This document shows, piece after piece, positions 45,869 to 60,275 of a stretch of 64,000 nt of DNA. The first letter of the stretch is position 1; the number at the start of each line of letters is the position of its first letter. The stretch comes from Macrostomum hystrix (Eukaryota > Animalia > Platyhelminthes), in contig CATNEN010000034.1 of assembly GCA_950097015.1 (NCBI GenBank), forward strand, positions 4,526,001 to 4,590,000. The letters are read 5' to 3'. Both the position numbers and the translations under genes were made by a program. The notes under the pieces were generated by a model. The model had not been told where the DNA came from and searched no databases. It was given only the letters and a program-made list of their open reading frames with translations.

Positions 45869-48800
45869 CTTTTGATGTCCGCAATAAAATTTCTGTGACA
45901 ATAATAGCCAACCGAATCGGTAAATTGAGCCGATTAGAACTTCCGACGACGGAAATATTTGCGCGTACAGCTCATGACGTTTTTCTTCTATGAATGACAG
46001 ACTTTTATTGCTTTAATTCGGTCTTTGGTGGAATTATTTAAGTTTCTGATGCGACAGATACCCGGTGCGCCGCTTCCATGCCGTGAAATTGTGTGGCACA
46101 CAAAACACAAAACTTGGATTGTCTGACAATGCCGCGACCTAACCAACAGTAATAACTATAATAACTATGATGCTAATGAATCAATTCTAGACAATGCCTT
46201 CATTGGCCGATAAAAGGAGATGAGGCTAAATTCACGGCGAGGGTCAAATAACCTCTACGCTGAGTAGGCTGCAGGGGGGTGGGGCACTGGAAGCCACTGT
46301 GGGGTTGGTTGCAATGCGAATGGGGGGATAGAAATCTAGGGGGGTGGCAGGGTAGGCTGGGAACTCAAACAAAAAAATAGCAGACTGCCAGGTCGACCTT
46401 CGCCTCCACCCAGTCAGAGCTCTCCCAGCCAATGAGAGTGCAGCTTTCAGCGACTATCCCAGTGTGTAGGCGCGGTCCCATCCTACCTCAGGCCTAAGGC
46501 TTGCAACCGCAGCATCTGCTGGGCCGGGCACTTCTCCAGCGTCTCCGCCCCTCTCTAAAGTGTCCAAAATGCTTGCATCTGGGCCTGTGGTAGTGCAGTG
46601 GCTCAGCACAATGGGATGTTGGGGCGGGTACAGACGGCGATGGAAGAAGACAGAAAATTGGAAGTCTTACACCAATGGAAGTCATTGGTAAGAGGGAAGA
46701 AACTTTGCTATACCCCCCGGAAGCCAAATAGCGAGCCGCGTGTTAAGAAAACGCCAGCAGGCAACATAGCCGACTGGGTCCCAACAGAAGCTGAGGAAGA
46801 AAAGAGGAAAGGGGAAGTGCAAGACCAAATTGTTCTTCTCGCCCAACTCTTCCCCTACGACCAGCTTCCCATCCACCTGGCACATCTGCTAAGTTGTCGT
46901 TGTTCTGCATTTTTTAGCCGGAATTCTTAACAATCTGAGAATGGGGAGATGGGTTTGCAAAAATGAGGAATTAGCTCAACCACCTCTTCTTCCTCCCTCT
47001 ACACACTTTAGGTGTGTCCGCGTGGGATGTAACGGGATTTGAATAAGGGCGTAGATGATTTTGTTCCCCACCAGAATAGGTGGCTAGCTGACAGTTAGCT
47101 ATAACTTCTCAGTGGGGAGACAGTGGGGAGTGGGCCAGCGCTAGTATCAATAATCCAACCGCGGCTGTACACTGCTCAATGCATTCAATTCCCATTATCT
47201 TTTTCTGCATTGGCATATCGCACTCTGGACTGTATTACAGGTAAACTGCTTTCGTAGAATGGACGAGGCTTCGGGAGGATTCTGGGGAATGGGATGGGGG
47301 ATATTTTGCCAGCAACCAGGCCAACTGGCCAATCTTCTGGTCCAGAGAATTCTGGCCAGCATGCTCAAAGCTCCCAGAGTCTGCATACCCGTCCCGACCC
47401 CACCTTTCCTAACCTAAACAGAAAGGGAAAAAACACGCACACACACACAAGCCAGCGCACACAGACGCGAGAACTGAGAGAGAGAGAGAGAGAGAAAGCA
47501 TGAGGGAAGATACAGGTAAACACCGGTCAATAAATCCCACCGCCTGGGCTCTCTCTCTGCGGAGGCCCGAAAAGACAAAAAATGCGAATCGGCGAGGCGC
47601 GGGGACCAGTGGGGTGAACTGGGGTGGCACCTTGGCCAGGTCTACCTCCATTTCGACACAAACTAGCCCAAGATGTTATCCCTCGTCATCTTGCTGCTCC
47701 ATCATCCTTTAGCCTCGATTCCCCACTCCCCCCCCACAGCTCAGCGGGATTAGGGAGCGCGCATTCTCATACGTCATAACAGGATGTTTATACACTATCC
47801 TACGCGAATCCACAGACGAAAGCTTGAAAAGATGAGACAGAAAAAAGTGAATGAATAAATGAGTAAAAAAATCTAGCCGCTGTAAAACACTGCAAAAAGA
47901 TGGTTAAAATAGAGACCATTAAAATGGTTCTAACTGGCACCCACGCAGCCATATCGACCCATAATAAAAAATGTGCTTTTAAATATCTAGACATGCTTAA
48001 CTAGAGTTAAATCTCTCCAAGCACAGACAGAACAGACAGAACAATAAAGAGAGAACAGAAATCTAGTCTGCTAGTCTACAATTGAATATTTGTTATACTG
48101 AGCCTCATTAATAATGTCTAGTAGAGCTTTGCCTTACATACATACCAATGTGAAGTCAAATTTTTGCCCAGCTAGAGGATCGGAATGCGTTTATGGCTAC
48201 TTTGGCATGATTTTTAGTCCCTCCTATGGTTGCCACGATGAGTGCAGACGGTGTAGGAGGTCAGGCCGCAACTAGAAGTTAAGGAGCAGCCGAACATGGA
48301 CCGTGAGTTGGAGAAAGCTTGAGAACAGGGAGGTGAGGGACAGTGGGAGCGATAGGAAGCTAGGCAGACACACCTGGCCACAGTGCTGCAGCTGCAGGAA
48401 GTGCTGCTCCAGGCTGACATTTGCTACAAGCTAGGCTAGGAGCTAGGAAAAGCCTCACGGGCGAGTAGAAGTCACATGATGGAGAGCACTATGGCCCACT
48501 TAAAAAGCTGCGGCAAAAAAGCCTACTCAAAGGGTAATCGTAGGTACACCTGAACTGCAATAAGAGAGCGACAGGGGAAGAGGAAAGTGTGTGGGAGGCG
48601 GGGCAATCCGTGATCCCCTTGGATCCCATTGGGTTAGGAGCTCAGGCCGCGTAGTGAAAGGAAAAAGTGCCGGCATCTTGTAAAAATATGAAAAGGGCAT
48701 TGTGAGAAAAGAAAGGGTGGAAGTGGAGGAAACTCAAGAGAAAAAATGGGCTACACCGCTTCGCTTTGAGCTGGGCAGTCTGAGGCCTTCAGCCTCTTGA

Positions 48801-49186
48801 GCTGGGGCCACTCTAATTAACTGCAGTCGGCTGGTCGCTGAGCTTCTCACTCTACCTTTTCAATGCTCAGAAAATAATCAAGAATTTTTTTAGAAGTGAA
48901 AAATGAAGAGCAGGAAAGTCAGTTAGTTGCAAAAAAATAACCCACTGAATGCTTGAATTTTGAGCTCGAAAATTATATTTAAAAAGATTAACAAGGACAG
49001 CCTATGAGCAGGGCACATGAACTACAAAGAAGTCCCAAGACTGCAACTTATTTTTGGCATCAGAGAAATCACTTATTAGTAGGAATATTAGACATATTTC
49101 AATCAGTTTTAATTAATTTAATTTCTGACTGCACAGAATTCATCATTTAATCTCCCGCCCTCTCCTTAATTTCTACCCCAGCTAAG

Positions 49187-49455
49187 ATTGCAGGAGGGCT
49201 GCAGGCAATGGCCCATTATTTCGCTGACTCCTGAGCACACACTCACACAGGTGTGTCCATCTGGCCTGACTCTCTTATCGTCAGGCAGTGTACACTATCA
49301 CTGGGCCTTGAAAGCTGGCCCTCTAGGGCGTCAATTGCACGACAACCCCCCAAGTCTTCTCTCCGCGGCTGCGCCCCAAATGAATGTGGCCTCGCCGCGG
49401 AACCGAGCTCAGGGACCTTGGTGCGAGAGTCAAATGCGTTAGACCGCTGTGGCCC
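49187..49455 (-). mobile_element. tRNA-derived SINE family A copy
   Basis: Colinear with the reverse complement of 40387-40747 (attgcaggagggctgc...gactcctgagcacac...gcgtcaattgcacgac...ctctccgcggctgcgccccaaatgaatgtggcctcgccg...). Confidence 0.85.
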
Positions 49456-49540
49456 CGGTTAACGTCTTGCTCAAAGATACAGATAGGTTCCCTTTGGTCG
49501 AGATCGAACTCAGAACCTCTGGGCTGCAAGCTCCCTAGTT
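49456..49540 (-). mobile_element. Truncated second SINE (tRNA head plus start of a CORE-like domain) abutting the family A copy
   Basis: B-box gagttcgatct on the minus strand. The segment tgtatctttgagcaagacg resembles CORE tgtgtccttgggcaagaca. Confidence 0.55.
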
Positions 49541-50477
49541 GAAGCTCTCTAAACGTGAGAAAATGCTGTATAATTTTTCACCCATCCCATGAGTTTTGCA
49601 CTCTCTACTCGTTAAAGAAAATGCTCAGCATTTTGCTGCTGCCAAGCAATGCGCATCAATTATTAAACACAGCGCAAGTGGCAGGTGGAGGTCTGCTACT
49701 CAACTAACTTTTGGCACCTCTCCCGGCCAGAAAAGGTGAGGCTTGGATTGGAGAAAAATGAGCAGATTTTCTACAGCTGGGAAGCGGAAACTCATTTGGC
49801 GATAATTTGCGAAAGTTTGCGATGGAAAAAAGTAAACAGAGACAGTAAAATTAGGAAAGAAAAAACGTGTGTCCTTTTTTGTTCTGAAAATTATTTATGC
49901 ATACGCATATGCTTATATTGCTACTCATAGTAGAACAAAACATTTTAAGGGGACTTATTAAAACACGCTAAATAAAATACGCTTTTACTTCAAATAAAAC
50001 TGCGTAATATTGTTGCTATGTAAAAATTTGGTGAATAAAATGCATTAATATTTCCAAATTGAAGACCAGTACACGGGCCAACAAAAAAAGGAAAAGTACA
50101 ATTAAAAAACACGGTCTCGTACCTATCAGTTAAGACAAAATCAGTCGAGTGAAATGAAACGAAAATAAGAAAAATAAACAGACGCTATAAAAAAGACTAG
50201 AGGAAAATCTTAACACATGTGCGATGTGAAACTATGTACTGCTATCTGAGAAAACAGCATTGTAAATACTTCCGAGAGCCAGTCAATAATTATTGTTCGC
50301 TCAGTCTAGTGTGAAATCGCAGCAATGATACTAACCTGATCCTTTGTGGCATTACAAGTTATAAAATGTATATTATGAAAAAATAATTAAATGTTCATGA
50401 TATGTTAACTTTCTAAGCCTACTGAACTACAGATTAACTAACCGCTTAGTATTAGGCTGTCATTTTTGGCTTTAACA

Positions 50478-51160
50478 CTAAGAATCCCAAACTCCAAGAA
50501 TCCCAAACTCTAAGAATCCCAAACTCTAAGAATCCCAAACTAAAGAATCCCAAACTCCAAGAATCCCAAACTCCAAGAATCCTAAATTATAAGAATCCCA
50601 AACTCTAAGAATCCCAAACTCTAAGAATCCTAAACTCTAAGAATCCCAAACTCCAAGAATCCCAAACTCTAAGAATCCCAAACTCCAAGAATCCCAAACT
50701 CCAAGAATCCCAAACTCCAAGAATCCCAAACTCTAAGAATCCCAAACTCTAAGAATCCTAAACTCCAAGAATCCCAAACTCTAAGAATCCCAAACTCTAA
50801 GAATCCCAAACTCCAAGAAACCTAAACTCCAAGAAACCTAAACTCCAAGAATCCCAAACTCTAAGAATCCCAAACTCCAAGAATCCCAAACTCCAAGAAT
50901 CCTAAACTCCAAGAATCCCAAACTCCAAGAAACCTAAACTCCAAGAATCCTAAACTCCAAGAATCCTAAACTCCAAGAATCCTAAACTCCAAGAATCCTA
51001 AACTCCAAGAATCCTAAACTCTAAGAATCCCAAACTCTAAGAATCCCAAACTCTAAGAATCCCAAACTCCAAGAATCCCAAACTCTAAGAATCCCAAACT
51101 CTAAGAATCCCAAACTCCAAGAATCCCAAACTCTAAGAATCCTAAACTCTAAGAATTCCA
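50478..51160. repeat. Minisatellite, 16-bp unit ct(a/c)agaatcccaaact
   Basis: Direct inspection. Confidence 0.96.
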
Positions 51161-51839
51161 AAGCATCACAAACTATTTACTAAAGCTAGTTTAGAGTAAA
51201 ATATCGACATTCAATCGAAAAACAAAGACCAGCAGATAAATAAAAAAGACTTGGCATAGAAGACCTAATACTTGATTGACAGTGGCAACACTACCTCAGC
51301 AACAAGAATTCTCAATTCTGCCTATCAAATTTCCCGGCAACCATCGATAGTGGGACCAGGGCATACGAAAATACGGGACAGGTGTATTTGGACACCGTTT
51401 AACTTTGAGTAGGTCTTCGTTTTGAACATCTTTCAATTCAACAATGCCGCCACTTGAGACAAAAAACTTGAAGACGACAGCATTGAATATGAGAATAAAT
51501 ATTGGCTCCTTTTTAATATACTGCATTGAGAATATAAAGAGGCCCAACTTGTGATTAATCCTCACAGAAGAGTAACTCAAGCTACTCAGCAGCCAGTTTT
51601 CTGAGAACCCACCACTAGGAGACACGTGCCGCTCTGTCAATGCATTTTTAATATCCCAGTAATTGCATGCGCCTGAGATAGACGCGCTCGGGCGATGACA
51701 TAATGACGGGAGATTGGAGAAAAGCCAGGTGGAAATTTGGAGTATATAGAAAATAATTATTCAAAACACAATAATATGATGACGGCTACTTAATATGGCA
51801 AGCGGATGATGTAAGAAACAAGACACAGGGCTGGATTGA

Positions 51840-52590
51840 CAGGTGAGACAGGTGAGAAATCATATAGGGGAGAGATAAGACAGGGTGAGACAGGTTAGAC
51901 AGATGCGACACGTGAGAGATGAGACAGGTGAGAGATGAGACAGGTGAGAGATGAGACAGGTGAGAGATGAGACTAGGGAGAGATGAGACAGATGAGAGAG
52001 GAGACTAGGGAGAGATAGGACAGGTAAGAGATGAGACAGGTGAGAGAAGAGACTAGAGAGAGATGAGACACGAAAAAGATGAGACACTGGAGAGATGAGA
52101 CAGGGTGAGACAGGTGAGACAGATAAGACAGGTGAGATATGAGACATTTGAGAGATTAGACAAGTGAGATACTCGTATGAGACAGTAGAGATATGAGGCA
52201 AGGGAGAGATGAGACAGGTGTGAGAGATGAGACACGGGAGAGATAAGACACGGGAGAGATGAGACACGGGAGAGATGAGACAGGGGAGAGATGAGACACG
52301 GGAGAGATGAGACACGGGAGAGATGAGATACGGGAGAGATAAGACACGGGAGAGATGAGACACGGGAGAGATGAGACACGGGAGAGATGAGACAGGGGAG
52401 AGATGAGACACGGGAGAGATGAGACACGGGAGAGATGAGACACGGGAGAGATGAGACAGGGGAGAGATGAGACAGGGGAGAGATGAGACACGGGAGAGAT
52501 GAGACACGGGAGAGATGAGACACGGGAGAGATAAGACACGGGAGAGATGAGACACGGGAGAGATGAGACACGGGAGAGATGAGACAGGGG
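51840..52590. repeat. GA-rich minisatellite, 17-bp unit gggagagatgagacac/ag
   Basis: Direct inspection; same family as 12745-13325. Confidence 0.95.
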
Positions 52591-53734
52591 AGATATTTCC
52601 CATCCATACTTGTATATCAGGAAGTATTAATAAAATTATAATAGCGGCACTATAGCACCTGTAGAATATGTAACGATGATCAACACACAATATACCTGGG
52701 TATGATCAGTTTCAGGCGAGTAAATATCAAGCAAATGAAGCATACACCAGTGCAACTCAAATCAATGCAAAGGCTAATGTTAAGGCTAGCTAATTTCTAG
52801 TCTCCACTCTACCCAGTGTCGCCAGTGCGTTAGAGCAGCTAAATTGGGGAGGTGGTAAAAAGGACCAGAACCGGATGCAAAGCTCCCAACCCACCATGAA
52901 TGAATGCGAAATGGTCAACGCTGAGCAGACTACAATGCAGCCCCATCTCAACCAATGTGAATTAATAATTTGGCAAGCAGTCTGCTGTAAGCTGGCTGCA
53001 GCGAAAATTAACAATGAGAGCTTGAGAACTCAGTCTACAATATAGCGAGAGTGTGGCTAGAGATTGCGCGCGAACAAAAATTGGTGTTCATCTTGAAAAC
53101 TGAGAGTCTTTGTTAGCCAAGTTGATGAGTGGGCTTATATGGCTATATGTGCTCATGAGAACCAGCGGGAAATTGAGATATGCTGCTAAGCAAGGTGGCG
53201 GAGGCAGCTGGGAGAGTCGAAAGTTTACTCTAAGCATCCACAGAACAGCTACTATGCTCGCCACGCTACAGTGCCTACGGATCTTCTACTAAAAGGAAGC
53301 CAGATAAACAGCTCCCTGGCTTCAGTCGCTCTCCCCGCGTCTCCTTCTCAGTTTCTGCAATGAGCTATAGGCCAGCCATAATAATAGTTCAAAGCTCAAC
53401 AGTTAACAATGTGACAAAAATGGTAGGAGATCCTTTATGCGGCCAGTGCACAATGCCTTGATTTACTTTTAATAGCTGCAAAATCTGAGAACAATGGAGA
53501 TCGGAATAATCCTTTGCATCTAAAGTTCTCTTAAAAACCAACTTTTACTCATATCAAATTTTTGTGCAACACAAAGTTCATAAATCCCAATTTTTTTTCT
53601 ATTGAAGAGTTAAAAATCCTAAAGTTACCGATAACGAAATCCTACCGTTATTTTGAACGAATCGTAAATTAAACAAAGTCTAAATTTTAAACTGTTACGA
53701 GTTGGTCAAACGGACCCAAGCCGGTTTTCATTCG

Positions 53735-54480
53735 TCAGCTTTGGTCATTATTGGTCAGCTTAAGTTCATTATTGGTCAGCTTTGGTCATTACCGGTCAGC
53801 TTGGGTCATTATTCGTCAGCTTGGATGATTATTGGTCAGCTTGGATGATTATTGGTCAGCTTTGGTCATTATTGGTCAGCTTGGATGATTGTTTGTCAGC
53901 TTGGGTCATTATTGGTCAGCTTTGGTCATTATTTGTCAGCGAAAGTAATTATTGGTAAGCTTGGGTGATTATTGGTCAGCTTGGATGATTATTGGTCAGC
54001 TTTGGTCATTACCGGTCAGCTTGGATGATTGTTTGTCAGCTCGGGTCAGTATTGGTCAGCTTTGGTCATTATTTGTCAGCGAAAGTAATTATTGGTCAGC
54101 TTGGGTCATTTTTGGTCAGCTTGGGTCATTTTTGGTCAGCTTGGGCCATTATTGGTCAGCTTGGATGATTATTGGTCAGCTTGGGTCATTACTGGTCAGC
54201 TTGGGTGATTATTGGTCAGCTTGGGTCATTATTGGTCAGCTTGGATAATTATTGGTCAGCTTGGATGATTATTGGTCATCTTGGATAATTATTAATCAGC
54301 TTGGATGATTATTGGTCAGCTTGGAATTTGATTGGTCAGCTTGGGTCATTACCGGTCAGCTTGGGTCATTATTAGTCAGCTTGGTCATTACCGGTCAGCT
54401 TGGGTCATTACCGGTCAGCTTGGGTCATTATTGGTCAGCTTGGATGATTATTGGTCAGCTTGGGTCATTATTGGTCAGTT
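53735..54480. repeat. Minisatellite, 20-bp unit ggtcagcttgggtcattatt
   Basis: Direct inspection. Confidence 0.95.
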
Positions 54481-55404
54481 TTTCAGATTGGTAAAAACCG
54501 AGGCAATAACAAAGATAAAGCGTTGCTCGATGGACTTTTAAGCGCGAGCTGAAGAGACAAGTTGATTTATACTCAACACCTTCACTCTAAGCGAAGAACT
54601 CTCGCAGGCTCTGGGGCCCAGAGCAAATTGAAATTACGAACAGGGAGAAGGGACACTGAAACCCATTCATTGCCTTGGGAGTTTTCTGGTGGACTAAGAG
54701 AAGAAAACGATATATAGTGTGAGAACTAGTGGGAGCAGGCGGAAAAGACGGACCATTTTTTAAACATATTCATACCTCCAGCAGAACTTCGATCCCCTGC
54801 GAAACGGCTGGCATAAAGCAAGTCAGCCACATCGGATGGGACAGGAGGGGAGGAGGCAGGCATTGAGAATCGATGGGACAAAACCCACCAAAAATATGCG
54901 CATAATGCTGCCACTCCCAACTGTACCTTGTGGCTGCGCAGTGCCTGTAAGTTTTGATAAGACAAGAACGAGGTCGGCCTATAATGTAGAAAGGACACAC
55001 AAATACACAGCTAGGGCTTTCTTGGAAACCTAATAGCTTGCAACTCATCTCATATTATATGTAGATATAGATAGACCCAGAGAGAGAGGGAAGGCACAGA
55101 AGTTAATTTAAAGTGAGACCAAAAGATAATTTTGAAGAGGTCGCTAGACGTATGGTTACAGCTATCGGGTATTTAGGGCCCCTTGCGATTGCGTGCAAGT
55201 GTGCCTGGATAAAGCTCTACCCTTTACGGTTAATGGTTGGCTTGTTCCTTTAAAATCCTCACAGTTCAGGCGTGGACAGTTGCTTGGTCGACGAATCTGA
55301 CCTATTTAGGGATAAAAAGAAAAGAACAGAAATAATACGAGAGATGGCTTGGACCGAGAAGCTAGAAAATACAAAAAGATTGACTTTGTATGACTTTGTA
55401 TGTC

Positions 55405-56372
55405 ACTCTGTGAGTGTCTGTGAGTGTCTGTGAGTGTCTGTGAGTGTCTGTGAGTGTCTGTGAGTGTCTGTGAGTGTCTGTGAGTGTCTGTGAGTGTCTG
55501 TGAGTGTCTGTGAGTGTCTGTGAGTGTCTGTGAGTGTGTCTGTCAGTCATAACTGATCATCTGTGAGTGCCTGTCAGTCATAACTGATCATCTGTGAGTG
55601 TATCTGTCAGTCATAACTGATCATCTGTGAGTGTCTGTCAGTCATAACTGATCATCTGTGAGTGTGTCTGTCAGTCATAACTGATCATCTGTGAGTGTCT
55701 GTCAGTCATAACTGATCATCTGTGAGTGTGTCTGTCAGTCATAACTGATCATCTGTGAGTGTGTCTGTCAGTCATAACTGATCATCTGTGAGTGTGTCTG
55801 TCAGTCATAACTGATCATCTGTGAGTGCCTGTCAGTCACAACTGATCATCTGTGAGTGCCTGTCAGTGAGTGCCTGTCAGTCACAACTGATCATCTGTGA
55901 GTGTCTGTCAGTCATAACTGATCATCTGTGAGTGTGTCTGTCAGTCATAACTGATCATCTGTGAGTGCCTGTCAGTCACAACTGATCATCTGTGAGTGCC
56001 TGTCAGTGAGTGCCTGTCAGTCACAACTGATCATCTGTGAGTGCCTGTCAGTCATAACTGATCATCTGTGAGTGTGTCTGTCAGTCATAACTGATCATCT
56101 GTGAGTGTGTCTGTTAGTCACAACTGATCATCTGTGAGTGTGTCTGTCAGTCATAACTGATCATCTGTGAGTGTGTCTGTCAGTCATAACTGATCATCTG
56201 TGAGTGTGTCTGTCAGTCATAACTGATCATCTGTGAGTGTGTCTGTCAGTCATAACTGATCATCTGTGAGTGTGTCTGTCAGTCATAACTGATCATCTGT
56301 GAGTGTGTCTGTCAGTCATAACTGATCATCTGTGAGTGTGTCTGTCAGTCATAACTGATCATCTGTGAGTGT
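55405..56372. repeat. Compound array: 10-bp tgtgagtgtc (55405-55540) grading into a 33-35-bp unit tgtcagtcataactgatcatctgtgagtg(tg)tc
   Basis: Direct inspection. Confidence 0.96.
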
Positions 56373-58149
56373 CTGCGACTGGGAACATTCGGCGGATCTG
56401 CCACCCTGTTCCTCACAACAGCGGCCTAAGGGTTAATGAAATACGACTTACACATGGGCAAATACAGGCCCATGTCTCATTTGTATTCCATTAAATTTTG
56501 CTCCGAATAAAGTCAAACAAATTTATGGCTCATTGCGTAATACACTCAGACACTCGATTTTTTTGCGATAAACTAAGTAAAAAATAAAGTTGCTGAATTT
56601 ATAGAATAGGAGAAATAAAAATACAGAGCAACTGCTATACAACTAGCTATAGCTATCCTGTTCTACATTGTAAGAGAAGTATTATGTTGACAAAAATAAG
56701 GAATTAAAAATAAGAAATTTGATACATAGCTTTTGGTATCAGTATTCCAGAGCAGGAAAACTGCAGCTTGATCATGATCGATGCTGGAGAATGGGACAGA
56801 GGTAGAGAAATAAGATATATATAAATGTATATCTACTGGCAAACAAACCCATTGCCAATGTTTTGAGTGGGGATAAAATAAAAACGATAATGGATCGCAT
56901 GGTCACACGGTCAGTTTAGTCAGCAATAGATAGATAAAAGAGAGACAGAGCACATTGTTGAATAGTTGCACAGGTGACCCACTTAACATTGATATCACAA
57001 TTCATTGGATATCAATAGCCAAAATGTAAATAGTATAGCAAGTAACAAGCTTTGGTATATCCACACAAAAATAATTAGCAATGTAGGATGAAAGAGCTGA
57101 TTATTGGCACTAACATAGCCTCACAGTAGAATGATAGCCGTGATAGGTGTGACCAAAAGAGGTGTTAACAGAAAACAGGCAACCAAAACGCATTTACCCC
57201 GGCATGACACCTTGCTTAATGTTGTAGGATTGCAGAGAGAGATGTACATCACACACACACTATTCAACAATGCCACTGTAGTTTTAAAATGGGACGACAA
57301 GGTAGGGCCGGTGGATTTCTGCATCAGTTTTTTGTTGAACCATAGACTGCCTTGGCTATAGCATGAGGATGCATAATTTAGTACGCCCGGGCAGCCGTAT
57401 TCATTGGAGCACACACACTCACTCTCTCTCTCTGTTCCTCTGTTCACAATCGACACCTATATTTTCTCATGGACGGCCACAAGGTACCACAATAGCCCAA
57501 TCTACAATGTTTAGCCAACCTGTTCAGTTTTATTAAAACTGTCTTTTTAAAACTTTCTTTTTTAAAGATAATAAATGCCTGCGCAATAAAGTTGGGACAA
57601 TGCCTATGTTTCTTAAATACAATACAAACAAGCCCCATGTGGTGCTTTTGACAGCGAAACACTAGGCCTTAGGTAGAATAACTAAACAGAGAGGCAATAG
57701 TACACGCGCGGGTGTAACAGAAAGTGTCAGAATGAGTTTAGAAATGGTAGAAGAACGTAGTGTTAAAGTTAATTCAATTGAGGCCAAGATACAAGGCTAC
57801 AGGGGCATGAGTAGTAAGATTGCATCGATATTTTACCCACCTGCTCATTCAGACATTCTCTCTGTCACCCTCCCCCCCTCTTCCTTTCAGGTGCTGCTGC
57901 AGCAACACACACATTTCCAGGCACTTGATCGTCATCAACGAGAAATTGGTCGTTACAACGAGACAGCCTCTAGGATGCAAAGTTGAAAAAATGACCATGT
58001 TTCATTCGTATAGCCAACTACCGAGGACGACGATTACGTGCACAACATCGCAGAATAATGTTAACGGAATATTGAGTTCATACTTTATTTCAATTTTAAT
58101 TCTATGCTGGTTTGAACTTATATTTACTGCCTGTTTAAATTCAATTACA

Positions 58150-58720
58150 CTGCCAGTTTAAACTTCGATATTGTGCCAGTTTAAACTTCGATATTGTGCC
58201 AGTTTAAACTTCGATATTGTCCCAGTTAAAACTTCGATATTGTGCCAGTTTAAACTTCGATATTGTGCCAGCTAAAACTTCGATATTGTGCCAGTTTAAA
58301 CTTCGATATTGTGCCAGCTAAAACTTCGATATTGTCCCAGTTTAAACTTCGATATTGTGCCAGTTTAAACTTCGATATTGTGCCAGCTAAAACTTCGATA
58401 TTGTGCCAGTTTAAACTTCGATATTGTGCCAGTTTAAACTTCGATATTGTGCCAGCTAAAACTTCGATATTGTGCCAGTTTAAACTTCGATATTGTGCCA
58501 ATTTAAACTTCGATATTGTGCCAGCTAAAACTTTGATATTGTGCCAGTTTAAACTTCGATAATGTGCCAGTTTAAACTTCGATATTGTGCCAGTTTAAAC
58601 TTCGATATTGTGCCAGTTTAAACTTCGATATTGTGCCTGTTTAAACTTCGATATTGTGCCAGTTTAAACTTCGATATTGTGCCAGTCTAAACCCCGATAT
58701 TGTGCCACTTAAAACCCCGA
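58150..58720. repeat. Minisatellite, 23-bp unit gtgccagtttaaacttcgatatt
   Basis: Direct inspection. Confidence 0.96.
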
Positions 58721-60014
58721 TGTGAACCGTCAGCTCAGGTATATTACATTTTTAAACAAATACGGCATTAAATAATGATTTAACCTGAAGTAGATACCCT
58801 ATAAAAATAATTTGGGATTATTTGAGATATTAATTGCACGAGTTAGTTGAGCATATTGACAGCTCAGTAAAATAACTGTGCCCTGATAATAATATAATCC
58901 AAAGCCCAATGTAAAAGGAAATCACATGCTGTAAGTCTGACGTGATTTAATCTGACATGCCAGTCAAAAAATAAAATGAATGCACGCATTGAAACTTGGC
59001 TAAACCTGGCTAATGCTTCTAAACTTTCAACTCCGCGGGATTAAAGGAGGCTAAAACTAAAAGTTGTTTATAGAATTTCTTACTAAAATATCATCAACTA
59101 CACTAATAGGTCGAACTGGTCTTCCTAAAAGTACACTCAGGGAATACCTACTAGGAAGTATGTACCATAGACAAAAGAAGTTCTGCGACTGTTCTGTTCT
59201 GTTCTGCGACTACGTTATGGGCATTTTTCCCTGTCGGATTAATTCCACTGTATGTGTGCTCAGAAACAAAAAATTACAGGCGCGTGTTTAAAGCGTGTTT
59301 CAAAGGTTGGATGTAAAAGTATTTTTTATTGACTATCTACCTTTATCGCTACTTGAGCAGCGACATCCAAAAACCCAAACCATTTGGGATAGTCTAGGTG
59401 GAGTAGACGACGGGGCGGACGAGACTGGGAGACGGCAGGGAGAGAGGAATGTGTCCTGTAGTCATTCCCTCCACCCTATTGTACACGCATAGCAGCTAAG
59501 CAATAAATAATGAATGGTCCACTAGCCAATGCCCACATTGAAGACTATGCTAAACTGTATCTGGGCATAGCAGCACCGCACTTACAAGCTCTCCACCTTC
59601 TGTCTATCCAGTTACATTGTCATATCGACATCCACTCAGTGCGACTGGAGCAGCAGCAGCAGCAAAAAACACGTGGCTTACGCATTTTCAGATTTTTTTA
59701 CTTTTATACAATTGTCGATTTAATTTTAAATGGATAGAAAATTATAGAAATAGCTCAGAATTGTTTGAAATGAGCGGTGATCCAATGACGATTGTCTTTG
59801 ATAATCGATAAACATTGACTCTGATGCACAACCAAAATGTATAAATTACGAGAGATATTAAAACGAACTTAATAATAATTATTTACACCTGCCCCTATTG
59901 GCCCAGTTGTGCAGCCGACAGCACAGCCGCAGCTATTTCGCAGCGCATCTGAAGGCTGCGTACGGCTGTTCAGTCCATGGACTGGGGGGGGGATGCCACA
60001 CCCACCCAAAATTA

Positions 60015-60169
60015 AGCCCAGCTAATGCTGGTTCTAATTCAGCAGCTGGGTGAACTGAAGCAATGGATAATCAAGTGCCTTATTAAGGGACACAAATTTC
60101 CAGTGGAGACAGGAATCAAACCCCCGACCTTCAATTTGTGAGTCGGGCGCTCTAACCACTAGGATACCA
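60015..60169 (-). mobile_element. tRNA-headed CORE-type SINE (degraded)
   Basis: The minus strand reads tggtatcctagtggttagagcg (A-box)...ggtttgattcc (B-box)...tgtgtcccttaataaggcacttg..cattgcttcagttcacccagctg, resembling the CORE-SINE central domain from memory. Confidence 0.7.
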
Positions 60170-60275
60170 ATAATTAAACTTGACCCTCAAGTCATTTTCA
60201 AATGTTTTGGCCAGAAGCATCAAATAAAAAGTGTTTCAAAAAATAAATAGTTTAACAAATGAAAAGTCTGCTTAC

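Noticed and set aside
55405-56372. Array with repeated cag...gtgagt pseudo-exons on the + strand
   Set aside because: It is antisense to the gene, and the implied introns (~17-19 nt) are too short to splice.
57891-57986. Plus-strand acceptor (ccctcttcctttcag) followed by a short ORF
   Set aside because: No linked plus-strand exons or recognisable protein were found, so an antisense gene cannot be supported.
46000-60000. Separate protein-coding gene or transposase/RT among the many 60-115 aa ORFs
   Set aside because: No recognisable domains, codon-like GC islands with paired splice sites, or RT/integrase/transposase motifs were seen. The region is best read as intron or 5' region of the Lar-like gene.
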